Source: Vicugna vicugna (lineage: Eukaryota). Taken from it: a stretch of DNA of 64,000 nt. Positions 1-10,231 of this stretch are shown piece after piece (the stretch's first letter is position 1; every line of letters starts with the position of its first letter). Location: assembly GCA_013265495.1 (NCBI GenBank), contig MU057947.1, positions 10,048 through 74,047 on the forward strand, in the 5' to 3' direction. The position numbers and the translations under genes were made by a program. The notes beneath the pieces were generated by a model. That model searched no databases. It was given only the letters and a program-made list of their open reading frames with translations, and was not told the origin of the DNA.

Positions 1-1199
1 TCCGCATCCTGCTGGCCCTGCTCCGGGCTCTTCCCTCCAGGTTAGGAAGCAGTGGGACTCACTGGTCCTCGGGTCCCTGCAAAGAGACCCCTGCTCATCC
101 CAGTTTGAGTGTGCCCACTGCTTCCTGCTGGGACTGCCTGAGAAAAGGCCTCTTCCCTGGAAAACGTCAGGTGAATATTTCTCTAAAATGATGTAAGAAC
201 AGATTCTGAATCTTCCCCCCAAGATACTCTACTCCTCCACTTCTGTCGTGACCCTCGGTGGCCTTCCTTCCCTCTGGTCCTGCAACAAGGCCTGGGAACG
301 ACTTATTTCCCCTTTTCATAGCCCTTCTCTCACTCCTGGGTTTGCCAGGTAATTTATTACTAGATTTCAAGATTTTTATTAGGATTTCCTCTGCACTGGG
401 TCTCTTCCGTGTCAGGAAGCTCAGGCCTCTGCAGACAATCTCAGATTTAACCTCACAACGCAAGACACGGCTGGCAACCGTTTCTTCTCTTTATTGTCCT
501 CTGTCCCTGTTCTGATAGGTTCATTTGAACATAACATTTTTAGATTAACCGTTCAAATAAGTGTTCTGGATCAGTGAGGGGGACCCTGCTGCTCAGATGC
601 TTATGGAGACACTCGAGCTGTCCGTATGGAGCACTTGAGCCCAAGGCCACTCGTCTCTTACCTTCATTTTCAACGACCCAGTTAGGAAACCTGCGCTCCA
701 CCTGTCTGCTCCTGGGATCTGGGGTCTGGACGTTCGGTTTGAACATGGCCCAGGAATCATGAAGAGCTTTCTCTCTGAAGACCAGAGCCGTTGATGTGCA
801 GTTTCCTCAACAGCTGAAAAGTGGGATTATCTTTCAGTTTGGGAGATAATAGTGAATGGATTCTTAATCCATTGTTTGGGAATATTTGGCTCCAGAAAAA
901 AAAAAAACTTTTATACCGTTTCAGCCTTTGGATGCAGTTTCGGAGAATTCTCCCCAATACTATGTAATCAATTTCTTTTTTTCAAAGTGCGATAAAACCA
1001 TCAAGTATTAGATAGACTCTGGATGTTCAGTGTGTTTGAGCCACAGTCTGATCTTAAAAAAAAAAAAAGCCACTTGAGCGTGAATTTTAAAAATTGTATT
1101 TCAAGCCTAAAATGCCAGATTCAGGCAGTTCAAGAAACCAGGACTTCGCTGAGCCGTGCCTCTGGAGTGAGCTACTCAAAGTGGCTGGCAGGCGCCACT

Positions 1200-1810
1200 G
1201 AGGCCAAGCGGGGGTAACCTAACACCGTCCCACGTCCCGGAAGTTCAAGGCTTTTCCTCTCATCCTTCAGGGCATTTCCGTGGGGAGAAGCTGTGCGGTG
1301 CGTGCTCTTTGCTCAGAGGGGAAGCGTGCGGCCCCTCACTCTCCCGGCTTGGGTGGCCCAGACTGCCGCTGCCTCCCGTGAACCCAGCGGGTCTGCGTAG
1401 CATCAGGTGCAGTGACCCGTGTTCAGGTGCAGTGTGATCCAAAGTCCTGTTGCAAAACAAGCTTTTCAAACGGATCACGGTTTACAAAATAAACATTAAC
1501 TAAATTAAACATCTCCTCTCCAGTAGCATCCACGGGCTGCGACGAAGTGTCGACTAGCTGGAAGGCGGTGAGCACCTCCTCTGCCCAGGGGCCGCGCCAT
1601 CCTGCCCTCAGCGGTCCCTCCCGCCTGCCCAGCCCAGCAGCGCTCCCCTGCTCGCAGGCCGGAAGTGTCCCTAACTTGGGCTGCAACGCCAGCGACACCA
1701 CGGTGGCCAGCGGAGCCAGGGGCTGCTTCTGCGTCCTTCTCCGGCACCTCTGCGGCCGGGGATAGACGTGCTCCAGCAGAATTGCGGCTGAAATCCTTTC
1801 TCGTGTTTTC
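1200..1810. promoter_or_regulatory. CpG-enriched segment with ETS and forkhead motifs (candidate enhancer or weak promoter)
   Basis: Elevated CpG; CCGGAAGT at 1237-1244 and 1659-1666; GTTTAC (1480-1485) next to AAATAAACA (1487-1495). Confidence 0.4.
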
Positions 1811-2369
1811 CAGCTCGAAGTGTGTGATTCTGAAGGGCGGTTTCTTACATCATCAGCTCAGACTTCAGTGGGACACTTGAGCTACTTACTCACTTTTAAA
1901 AAATTATTTGACTACAACAGAACATTATGCAAGAATGACCATCGTACACAATCTCAGGTGGCATAAAATTACGTGGGGGCAGGGGAATCACACGGAACGA
2001 GCGTTACCGGGACAGACTCTCCGCAGCGCCGTGCACACTTCAAGAACGCAAGGTCACGGTCAAATCCTGATTATTTTCACAGTTCACGCTCATGGAAAGG
2101 ACACAGGTGGAACTGCACCTTGGCTCTTTTTCCTCTGAAACTGTGATTTTTTTAACTGCTGGGAACCACCTGGGGGCCTAAGGACCACACAGTGTAAGCT
2201 GCAAAATCAGGGCATTGTCCCCGGCATCCCCTTCGGTCACCGGCCTCCCGGTCTTGCCTCTGCGGTTGAGGCCATGGCAGGTCAGCCTGCTGACCCTGGG
2301 ATTCCTAAGGCTCCCTCTGCCCTGTGAACCAGCGAGGCGAGCTCCACTCTGCACACCAGGACGCCAGCT

Positions 2370-2595
2370 ATGGGTGCTTGTCTCTTCCCAGACGTCAAAT
2401 GTGACTCATCCCCGAAGGCTTCCTCTTGTGCCAGATTCCACCTCTAACTGCGACTCTCAGGGAGAGTTTATGACGCCCACTTCGGATTCCCACAGGCGAC
2501 ACCTCAGGCTCTTGTTCTGCTTAATCCACTTGCCCTCGTCAAGTCCAAACCAAAAGCTGCAGAAGATTTGGTACTTTAATAAATACTGACTGTAT
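2370..2595 (+). mobile_element. Degenerate L2 3' fragment
   Basis: Ends in 'tttaataaatactgactg', resembling the L2 3' terminus; upstream 'tcaaatgtgactcatcccgaaggcttcctc' resembles L2 body sequence. Confidence 0.4.
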
Positions 2596-3079
2596 TTCAT
2601 TATCACTGTCCTTCCATGGAGAGAAAAACATTTAATATGTTTATCCTAAAAATTGTATTTGCCTGAATCCTTTGGAAGCGTCTTGCACGGCACATTGAAT
2701 ATTAGGTTTTCCCTTCTGGATTACAGATAACATTGGAAACCCATTTCTTATATTAAAATGTTTCCAGAAAAAAAAAGAAATTGTGTTCCCTTGCAAATCT
2801 TAAACCATGGTGGCATGGCCAAAAGCATTAGAATAATCTAGAAAAGGGCAGAAATACTTTCCCAACACCCTTCTTCTCTTGCTGCTTCTATTCTCTGGAA
2901 CCCTAAGCAAGCTCTGTTCCTCCCCAGTCCTTGACCTTGATGAGCGGGTGGCCAAGGCCACTCAGAGATGGATCTCTCAGTGACGCTGCCACCCAGGCAC
3001 CAAGCAGGAAGAGATGCGGCCGCAGAGGGAGTTGGAAAGCCCCTTCTGGATGAGGTCCTGGGACAACCTTGGCATCAGC

Positions 3080-3135
3080 CAGAGAAGAGGAAGAGGAGAG
3101 AGAGGGGAGGAGGAGGAGGGGGGGACTGAAGGAGG
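3080..3135. repeat. Purine-rich (GA/GGA) low-complexity tract
   Basis: agagaagaggaagaggagagagaggggaggaggaggagggggggac. Confidence 0.8.
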
Positions 3136-3664
3136 CAGAGATGCTGCAGTGAGGAAGGCGGTGAGTGAGGGAAGCCAAGGACGGTTCCCAGCCTGGCCGG
3201 CTCTCCCTGCGGACCCCGCATCCTGGAAACCCAGCAAGGCGTCCAAAAGGGAACATCAGGGGTGAGAGAAGCTTCAAGGTCCGTGCTTTCTGGACCAGGC
3301 CTGAGCCTTCAATGATGCATTATCTGGTTTGTCAAAAAAAAAAGAAAAGTTTTATTCCATAGGAAAGAAAAACTTCGGCTGAACTGCTTGAATTATTAAG
3401 GCTCAGTCCAGCAGTTTCCAAGGGCTTTTGAACTTAGATTCTTTTACGGTTTTATAATTTCGTTCTTCTGGAAACCTCTCTGAATTTTCTCCCAGTATAG
3501 AAGAATAATGCATCACCATTCCAAGATGTTTTTATGACAAGGTGATTTCCTCCCGGAGTGCGAGGTAAATTATGAGGTTGAAAATCTTGTTGCATCGTGA
3601 AAGCACTAATATTTCATATTCATGTGGAGCGCTTTACAGTTCTCAGACTCCATTCGTACTTGTT

Positions 3665-3750
3665 CTCATTTCATCCTCCCAAACACACAAGGGGAGGGGG
3701 AAGCCTCGTCTTTCTTGGCTCCGCAGATGAGAAACTGAGAGTCAAGGCGG
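3665..3750 (-). mobile_element. MIR SINE core fragment
   Basis: 'tctcatttcatcctc...cagatgagaaactgagagtcaagg' matches the antisense MIR core. Confidence 0.55.
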
Positions 3751-4251
3751 CGAGAGCTTTGCTGGGATCCAGCAGGGAGAGGGCATCTGCCTCGGGGTCG
3801 CTGCCCTGCCCCTGCCCACCAGACCCGCGCTCCCCAGCAGGGATCGCTGCAACAGGCAGCGGGGATGCGAGTTTAAAGATTTTCATCCTTAAGTCACCGA
3901 GGAGGGTGCTGAGGGTGGGCGACACCCCAGGACCCCCTACCCCAAGGGGAGCAGAGTCATAGGGGAGTCCAGACCCCCAGCTCGGGGCCCACGTGCTCTC
4001 TCGAGTCTCCACTCACTGCTGCGCCCCCTGCTCTGACAGCCCCTTCCCCTGAGAACGGTGGTGTGCCTGGAAAACAGCAATTTGTTTTATTGCGGTTGGG
4101 ATCAATATCGAACCCGGAAATCATCTTTGTTCTCCTCCTGTCTTAGTTCCAATGCCTTAAAATAGAAGCACGTCTATGTCGTGTTCAGTGGTGCAAATTC
4201 CCACCTCTCCTCGGGCAGGGAGTAGTTGCTAAGTTAAAAACACTTTCACGC

Positions 4252-4265
4252 GTTTCCAAGGCAAC
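4252..4265. promoter_or_regulatory. RFX X-box
   Basis: GTTTCCAAGGCAAC, close to the GTTGCCATGGCAAC consensus; flanked by a GTTGCT half-site (4225) and GCAACCTGGAAAC. Confidence 0.55.
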
Positions 4266-5553
4266 CTGGAAACAAACGTGGTCCCCCTCAGAGCCCGGCT
4301 GAGCGGTGCTCGGCCCCAAATTTCCATCCAGCTCTGCGGGCTTCAGGTGCCAGAGGGGAATAGGGAGGGGAATCCTGGTGAGCGGAGCTGGCCCTCGGGG
4401 CTGTCCTGAAGGCGGGGGCCTGCTGCTGTCCCGTTTCTGTTCCCGTGTGCTGGCTTCCTTTTGTCACAGGACGCGGGATCAGTAGGCACCTCCACCTTCT
4501 ACTCGTTTCTAAAATAAAATGAATTAGATCTTGGCAAAATCAGTAAAAATGTTTGCAGAAGCAACATTTTTTTGAACAGTGCAGAGAAAACCGGAGAACA
4601 GTCGTGAAGAGCATTAAGGTCTCCCATTACTTTAGGCTATGAGGAAAATGAGGGGCTATGAGACTATATTAGAGAAAAAGATGTAATATTCTATTGCTGG
4701 GTTTATAGCCACGTATAAAATCCAAGTACACTGCTCCCAGCCGCTCGCCCTCATCCGTTCAAGCCACTAATAAATGGTGAGTTTCTTTAGTTTAAAGATT
4801 GTGACTCTCACGTTTAAGCTTTCGTAACTGTTGGGAGGAAGAAAATTAAAGCTGCATAACGTCATCTCTTATTTTCCAAAAAGGCAAAACAGACAGAAAT
4901 GCATGCAATCCGAATCTTCTGCAGAGAAGAGGGACGTGTCTTCCATGGGCGTGACACACACGTGTCCGTCCTCTCTCACACAGAGAGGGCCTTATTTTGG
5001 AAAGAACAAGGGAGAGCTCGGAGGGACTGCCGCGTCGGGGGGCAGAGTGCGGAGAGGAGCCCCGCGGGGCGGGCTCCATCCTGGGAGGCAGCGGTCTGGG
5101 CCAAGGAGGCCAGAGCCACTTGCTTGTTGCCAGTGAGGCCCTTCAGCAAAACCAAACAAAGGAGCTCGCCAAGAAATTTTTTTCTTCTACCTAACTTTCC
5201 CATAAAAAGATTCAGGTAAATGGAGCATGACGGGCCCATTTAAGCCAATTTCAAAGTTATTTGAGTAATTGGTTATTAAGATAACAGTCTCAAATTTCAA
5301 TTCAGCAATTATTGTCTTAAAGACACAGACTCAGGCATCAGGAGAAAAGCGGGCGTTTTAAAGGGAAAGAGCCCAGTTTTCAGAGAAACAAGGCGTCTCC
5401 GTGGGCCGGGGGCTTTTCCCTTTGCCCCAGAAGGGGCCTCGTGTGCTCGCAGGGGGCAGAGTCCAGAACGCAGCATAACTGCGCTTCCAGGACCAAGACC
5501 GCTCTCCTGGCCTGGTCGTTGTGGAGACCCAAGGGCCTGACATGTCTCTCTCT

Positions 5554-5600
5554 CACACACACACACACATGCACGTGCACACGCACACACGTGCACGCGT
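5554..5600. repeat. (CA)n / alternating purine-pyrimidine tract
   Basis: cacacacacacacacatgcacgtgcacacgcacacacgtgcacgcgt. Confidence 0.85.
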
Positions 5601-7129
5601 CCTCACCCGAAGTTGAGGCCCACAAAGGGCCGTCTCCTCGTCCCCTGGGAGACAGAAGCGCAGCCTCGCACGGTCTCCTGATGGGAAAGACGGCGTTGGC
5701 AGGGGTTCCTGGTGGAAGGCCAAGTTTGCCTTTCTAATGATGGGTGGGATTACCTCCAAAAAGCCTCACAGTAAAGAAACACAGAACGCTCAGCTGACTC
5801 CCAGCTCATCAACCCCCTAGGACGAATGCCTATGGCCGACCATTATGAGCTACCAGATAATCACTGAGCCCAGGCTGCGGGGACTTACTTTTAGACACTG
5901 GTTGCTCAAATGTTTTCAAAACAGACAGAAATCCTTGATCCTGAGTAGACAAGGGAAGCCGTTCATCAAAGCTGCCAAGCAATCCTTTAGAGAAAGCGAG
6001 CGGCCATAAGAGGTACCACTGCCCGAAAGTGGGTCCCCCGCGTCTCCCGGGCTCCAGACACAGCATTTTATACGAATCAGACTCCTCTCCTTCTGCAGCG
6101 GTCCCAGAGGGGAGGGCGTTATCAGCTGGGGAATCTAGGCTTCGAGAGCTTGCGTGGCCTGCCCGAGGCCCTGGGGTAGCAGGGCACGTGTAGGTCAGAA
6201 GACAGTCACCGAAGCCAGGCTCACAGTCACCAGACTAGGTCGTCACTGGAGTGTCGTATCTGATGCTCCTTTTCTCGGGGACGCCAACCTTAAGAGACTT
6301 CCCGGAGCCAAGCAGCTGACTGTCCACACGCTCATCACTCGTGCATTCACTCAGGCACAGACATTCACTGAGGTCTTACACTGAGCGCGCAGGCTCCTTG
6401 AAAGTAAAATAAATGCCCACAGAAAGGAGGCGTGTTTCCAAACTAAACAATGGCAATTAGTCCATTCAGTTTTGAAAGTCACTGCTGAGCTCGGACAACG
6501 GGGGAATCGAGCTCCCTGATCACAGCAGGGTCCATGAAGGATGCAGGGCTCACGTCCAGCTACGTGACACATCACTGCCACCACACTGCGCCCTTCCAAG
6601 CTCTCCCAGCTGTGGTTCTGCTCTCCAGCTACAAGGAATGGGAGGGTCTCTGTGCAGCAGCACACAGAGCTGCCCCAAATGGGTCCGCCAGCAAAGGAGT
6701 CTTTCCAGTCGCTGCTGAGCAGAGCAGCTCAGCCTGCAGAGACCGGAGGGAGGTAAAGGCAGGGAAAGGGCCGGTGTAACAAATTTTTCATCAGAGAAAA
6801 TTCTTTTCAGGTAGGCAGTTTAAAAAGTGGAGGTTTCCAGCAATTCCTGAACCTTGCAAACAGATGTATCCATTAGACTCACGGTTCATTCTCCTTACTT
6901 TACCTCCTTTGGAGCTTCTTCCCAGACGTAAGCGGTCCCCAGCAGGGATCCGACAGTATGAACTTAAAGACAGATATTTCTTGAAGAAGGGACTTGAATA
7001 TACAGGAGAGGTGACCGAGTGCCAGCACTTCTGGTCGGCTGGTCGGAGGTAGAAAAGATTTCAGTGATTTAGGGAAACTATTTGGTCTTACAGCTTACAC
7101 CTGCTTCTTAAAAATGTCTTTCCAAAGAT

Positions 7130-7299
7130 TTATGGTAAAGCACAGGGAACCAACTGTATTCAATATCTTGTAATACCCTATAATGGAAAAGAATCTGAGA
7201 AAGAATATGTATGTACATGTATAACTGAATCACCTTGCTGTGCACCTGAAACTAACACAACACTGTAAATTAACTATACTTTTGGGGAAAAAAGTGGTT
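7130..7299 (+). mobile_element. 5'-truncated L1 3' end (cetartiodactyl-type) with target-site duplication
   Basis: 'agcacagggaac...tattcaatatcttgtaata...ataactgaatcac...gcacctgaaactaacacaacactgtaaattaactatactt'; AAAAATGTCTTTC at 7110-7122 and 7300-7312, at a TT/AAAA site. Confidence 0.88.
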
Positions 7300-8169
7300 A
7301 AAAATGTCTTTCTAAGATATTAGAATCATAATGCCCCATAAATATCATCTGTTTACTCTAAATTTTCAAACTTTTGTACAACCCTTTTGTTCAAACCAAG
7401 TGTTATGGAGAGGAAGGCTGATCCAATGTAGCGCACACACAGACACACACACAGGCACACACACACACACGCTCACAGTGAATGAATGGGCCCCATCCCT
7501 CCCACCACCTGTGGCCCATGGAAGGGGTCTATGGAACTTCTAGGACCTGGGACCCGGTAGAAAAACACTGCTCTGGTCCATCATTGATCTAATAAACAGG
7601 AAACCGCAAAGCAGACCCTCCTGACACAGAGCAAGTAGCAGGACTGGCTTTGGAACTCGGAGGCTGGTTCCCCAGCCTGGGCCGTGGACCGCCCCTTCTA
7701 CAGCATGGCTCTCCCCAGTCCTTTCCCATGTCACCTCCTCCAGCGAGCAGCAGGCCGGCCAGGCTTCCCCACGCCTCCAGCCCTGGAGGCTTGCGTCCCC
7801 TCTGTACCCACTCCTGCGTGAGCCCACCCAGGCCCGTGGTTCCAGGAGCACCTGCCTCCCCAGTGGCACGCTTAGCCCTCCCCTCCTCCTGGACCCTGGG
7901 CGGGAACCCGCACCCACGCATGGTCATCTTCTCCCTGCGCATCTCCCGGATGCGGGCGTCCTCCTCCACTCCCAGAGGACGCGGGCTTTAAACGTCCACG
8001 CCTCACCCCCAGCCCCCGGCCGGGGCAGCCTCACCTTTGCAGGTCCTGGCTGTGCCAGGGGCCTCTGGGGACACAAGGAGTCACATTTACAGGAATGTGT
8101 TAAAGGACACCAGCCGATGGTACCTTGTAGGAGTCTGACGTCCCTGAGCTCGGTCTGTTTTTATGTGGC

Positions 8170-8303
8170 ATTGGGGTTTTGGGGGGGGCAGGGTGAGGTA
8201 ATTAGGTTTGTTTGTTTGTTTGTTTTAATGGCGGCACTGGGGATTGAACCCGGGACCTCATGCATGCTAAGCACATGCTCTACCACTGAGCTATGCCCAC
8301 CTG
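8170..8303 (-). mobile_element. tRNA-derived SINE, Vic-1-like (camelid)
   Basis: Reverse complement gives GGTGGGCATAGCTCAGTGGTAGAGC (A box)...GGTTCAATCCC (B box) then an (AAAC)n/'cctaattacctc' tail; degenerate 19-bp TSD at 8146-8164 and 8306-8324. Confidence 0.88.
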
Positions 8304-8843
8304 CAGAGCTCAGTTTATTTTTATTCTTATTTCCAAATGAGGAAAGTTTTGGCCCCAAGCAGAGACATCCTGGGGCAGGCTGGGGGGTCCCCCAGGTAGT
8401 GTGGGGCAGGCCAGGCTCTCTGAAACCTTCGGTCGGGCTCCATCTGCTGCAACACCAGGCCTCCTTGTGGAGCGGGATCAGCCCCTCACTCACTGGGGTG
8501 GCACCCAGGGCTCAGGCGGTGCCCGGTCCAGGGCAGGAGGGAGCCCTCAGGCCTATACTCTCTAAGGTCACCTGCTGGACTTTCCAGAACTCTCCCTGAT
8601 GCTCAGACTGGCCCAGCGGGTGCCCTCTGCCCAGCTCAGGGCCCCCTCCAGGCCTCCAGGAGAATGCGAGGACCTCAGCCACAGACTCTGAACACCTGCA
8701 CTGAGATCAGAGCTGACTCTGACACAGGCCATCCTTGGAAAGCACAAACAAACCCATCAGACAGCAGCCAATTATAACACTGTGTTATGGGCACGTGTTT
8801 CCCTTAATTCCGAGACAAGTTGGATTTCTGTTTTAATTATTAT

Positions 8844-9351
8844 TATTTTTTTTTACATTTTGAGATAATTGAAGATTCACATGCATTTTTTAAGAAATAA
8901 CACTGAAAGATCCTCTATGTCCATTCCCAGCTCCCCGCTTGGCACCATCTGGCAAAAGTGTGCAGTGTCACAAGCAGGAAAGTGACATGGGAACAACCCA
9001 CCAGCCTTACTCGTAGTTCCCGGCTATGCTTGCACACATTTCTTGTGCGTGTGTGTGTTTAGGTCTAGGAAACTTTGTCACATTTGGAGGCTTTGTATCC
9101 ATCACCATGGCCAAGACACAGAGCACTTCCATCACCACATCGTCCCAGCCCCCTTTTATAACCTTCCTCTTGGACCACTCTCCCAACCACCACCTCCCAC
9201 CCATGGCCAGCCAGTAATCTGTTCTTCGTTTCTGGACTTCGGTCACTTAAGAAGGTTACATGTCAAACTACAAATAATGGCATAAATATCACAATTAGCA
9301 ACACATCTCTACACTTACTGAACAACAAGAATGTTACATAAATGGAATGAA
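8844..9351 (-). mobile_element. Old L1M (L1MC/L1MD-like) 3' end, left part
   Basis: Poly-T then 'gagataattgaagattcacatgca...aagaaataacactgaaagatcc...', an old L1M 3' UTR in antisense; continues after the younger insert. Confidence 0.75.
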
Positions 9352-9361
9352 AACATCTAAC

Positions 9362-9930
9362 TTTTTTTTAAATTGAAGTAGAGTCAATTTACAATGTTAT
9401 GTTGATTTCTGGTGCACAGCACAGTGATTCAGTTATACACCCACATATATGTTTATTCCCTTTCAAATTCTTTTTCATTACAGGCTATTGCAAGGTATTG
9501 AACGTAGTTCCCTGTGCTGTACAGTAGGACTTGGTTGTTTATCTATTTTATGTATAGTAGTGTGTATCTGCAAAGCTGCAGTAATCAAAACAGCGTGGTA
9601 TTGGTACAAAAACAGACATGTGGATCAACGGATCAGAATAAAGAGCTAGAAATAAACCCACACACCTACGGTCAGTTACTCTTCAACAAAGGAGGCCAGA
9701 GTATACAATGGAGAGAAGACAGTCGCCTCAGCAGGTGGTGTTGGGAAAACTGGACAGCAGCACGTAAACCAAGGAAGTCAGAGCACTGCCTCACACCACA
9801 CACAAAAATAAACTTAAAATGGCTTAAAGACCTAAACATAAGACAAAACACTATAACCCTCCTAGAGGAAAACATAGGCAAAACATTCTCCAACATGAAT
9901 CTCAGCAGTGTTCTCCTAGGGCAGTCTACC
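9362..9930 (-). mobile_element. Younger L1 with 5' inversion, nested in old L1M
   Basis: Antisense 3' UTR 9362-~9570 joined to a sense ORF2 piece ~9571-9930 ([19 protein letters not shown]...LKWLKDLNIR...LLEENIGKT); TSD AACATCTAAC at 9352-9361 and 9931-9940. Confidence 0.9.
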
Positions 9931-9940
9931 AACATCTAAC

Positions 9941-10100
9941 CTTTTGAGATTGGCTTTTTTTCACTCAGCATAATTCTCTGGCAATACATCCAAGCATTGG
10001 CACAGATCAATAACTTATTTGCTTTTTTATTTATGAGTAATATTCCCTGGGATGGATGTACCGCAGTTGGTTTTACCATTTACTTTTTGAAGGACATAAA
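9941..10100 (-). mobile_element. Old L1M, right part
   Basis: 'cttttgagattggcttttttcactcagcataattctctgg...catccaagc...gagtaatattcc...tggatgtaccgcagtt' continues the element interrupted at 9352. Confidence 0.75.
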
Positions 10101-10210
10101 AATGCACATGGTTTACACAGCAACTGCCATTTTTAAGAAGAGTGGAGCCCGGGCAGTGGCTCTGCACCCTCCGTGCCTGGACACCAGCCCTCTATCCAGG
10201 GTCCAGCCTA

Positions 10211-10231
10211 ATTAGCACCGTGGACAGCAGC
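10211..10231 (+). promoter_or_regulatory. RE1/NRSE (REST)-like site
   Basis: ATTAGCACCGTGGACAGCAGC versus consensus TTCAGCACCnnGGACAGCGCC; both half-site cores with 2-bp spacing. Confidence 0.5.
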
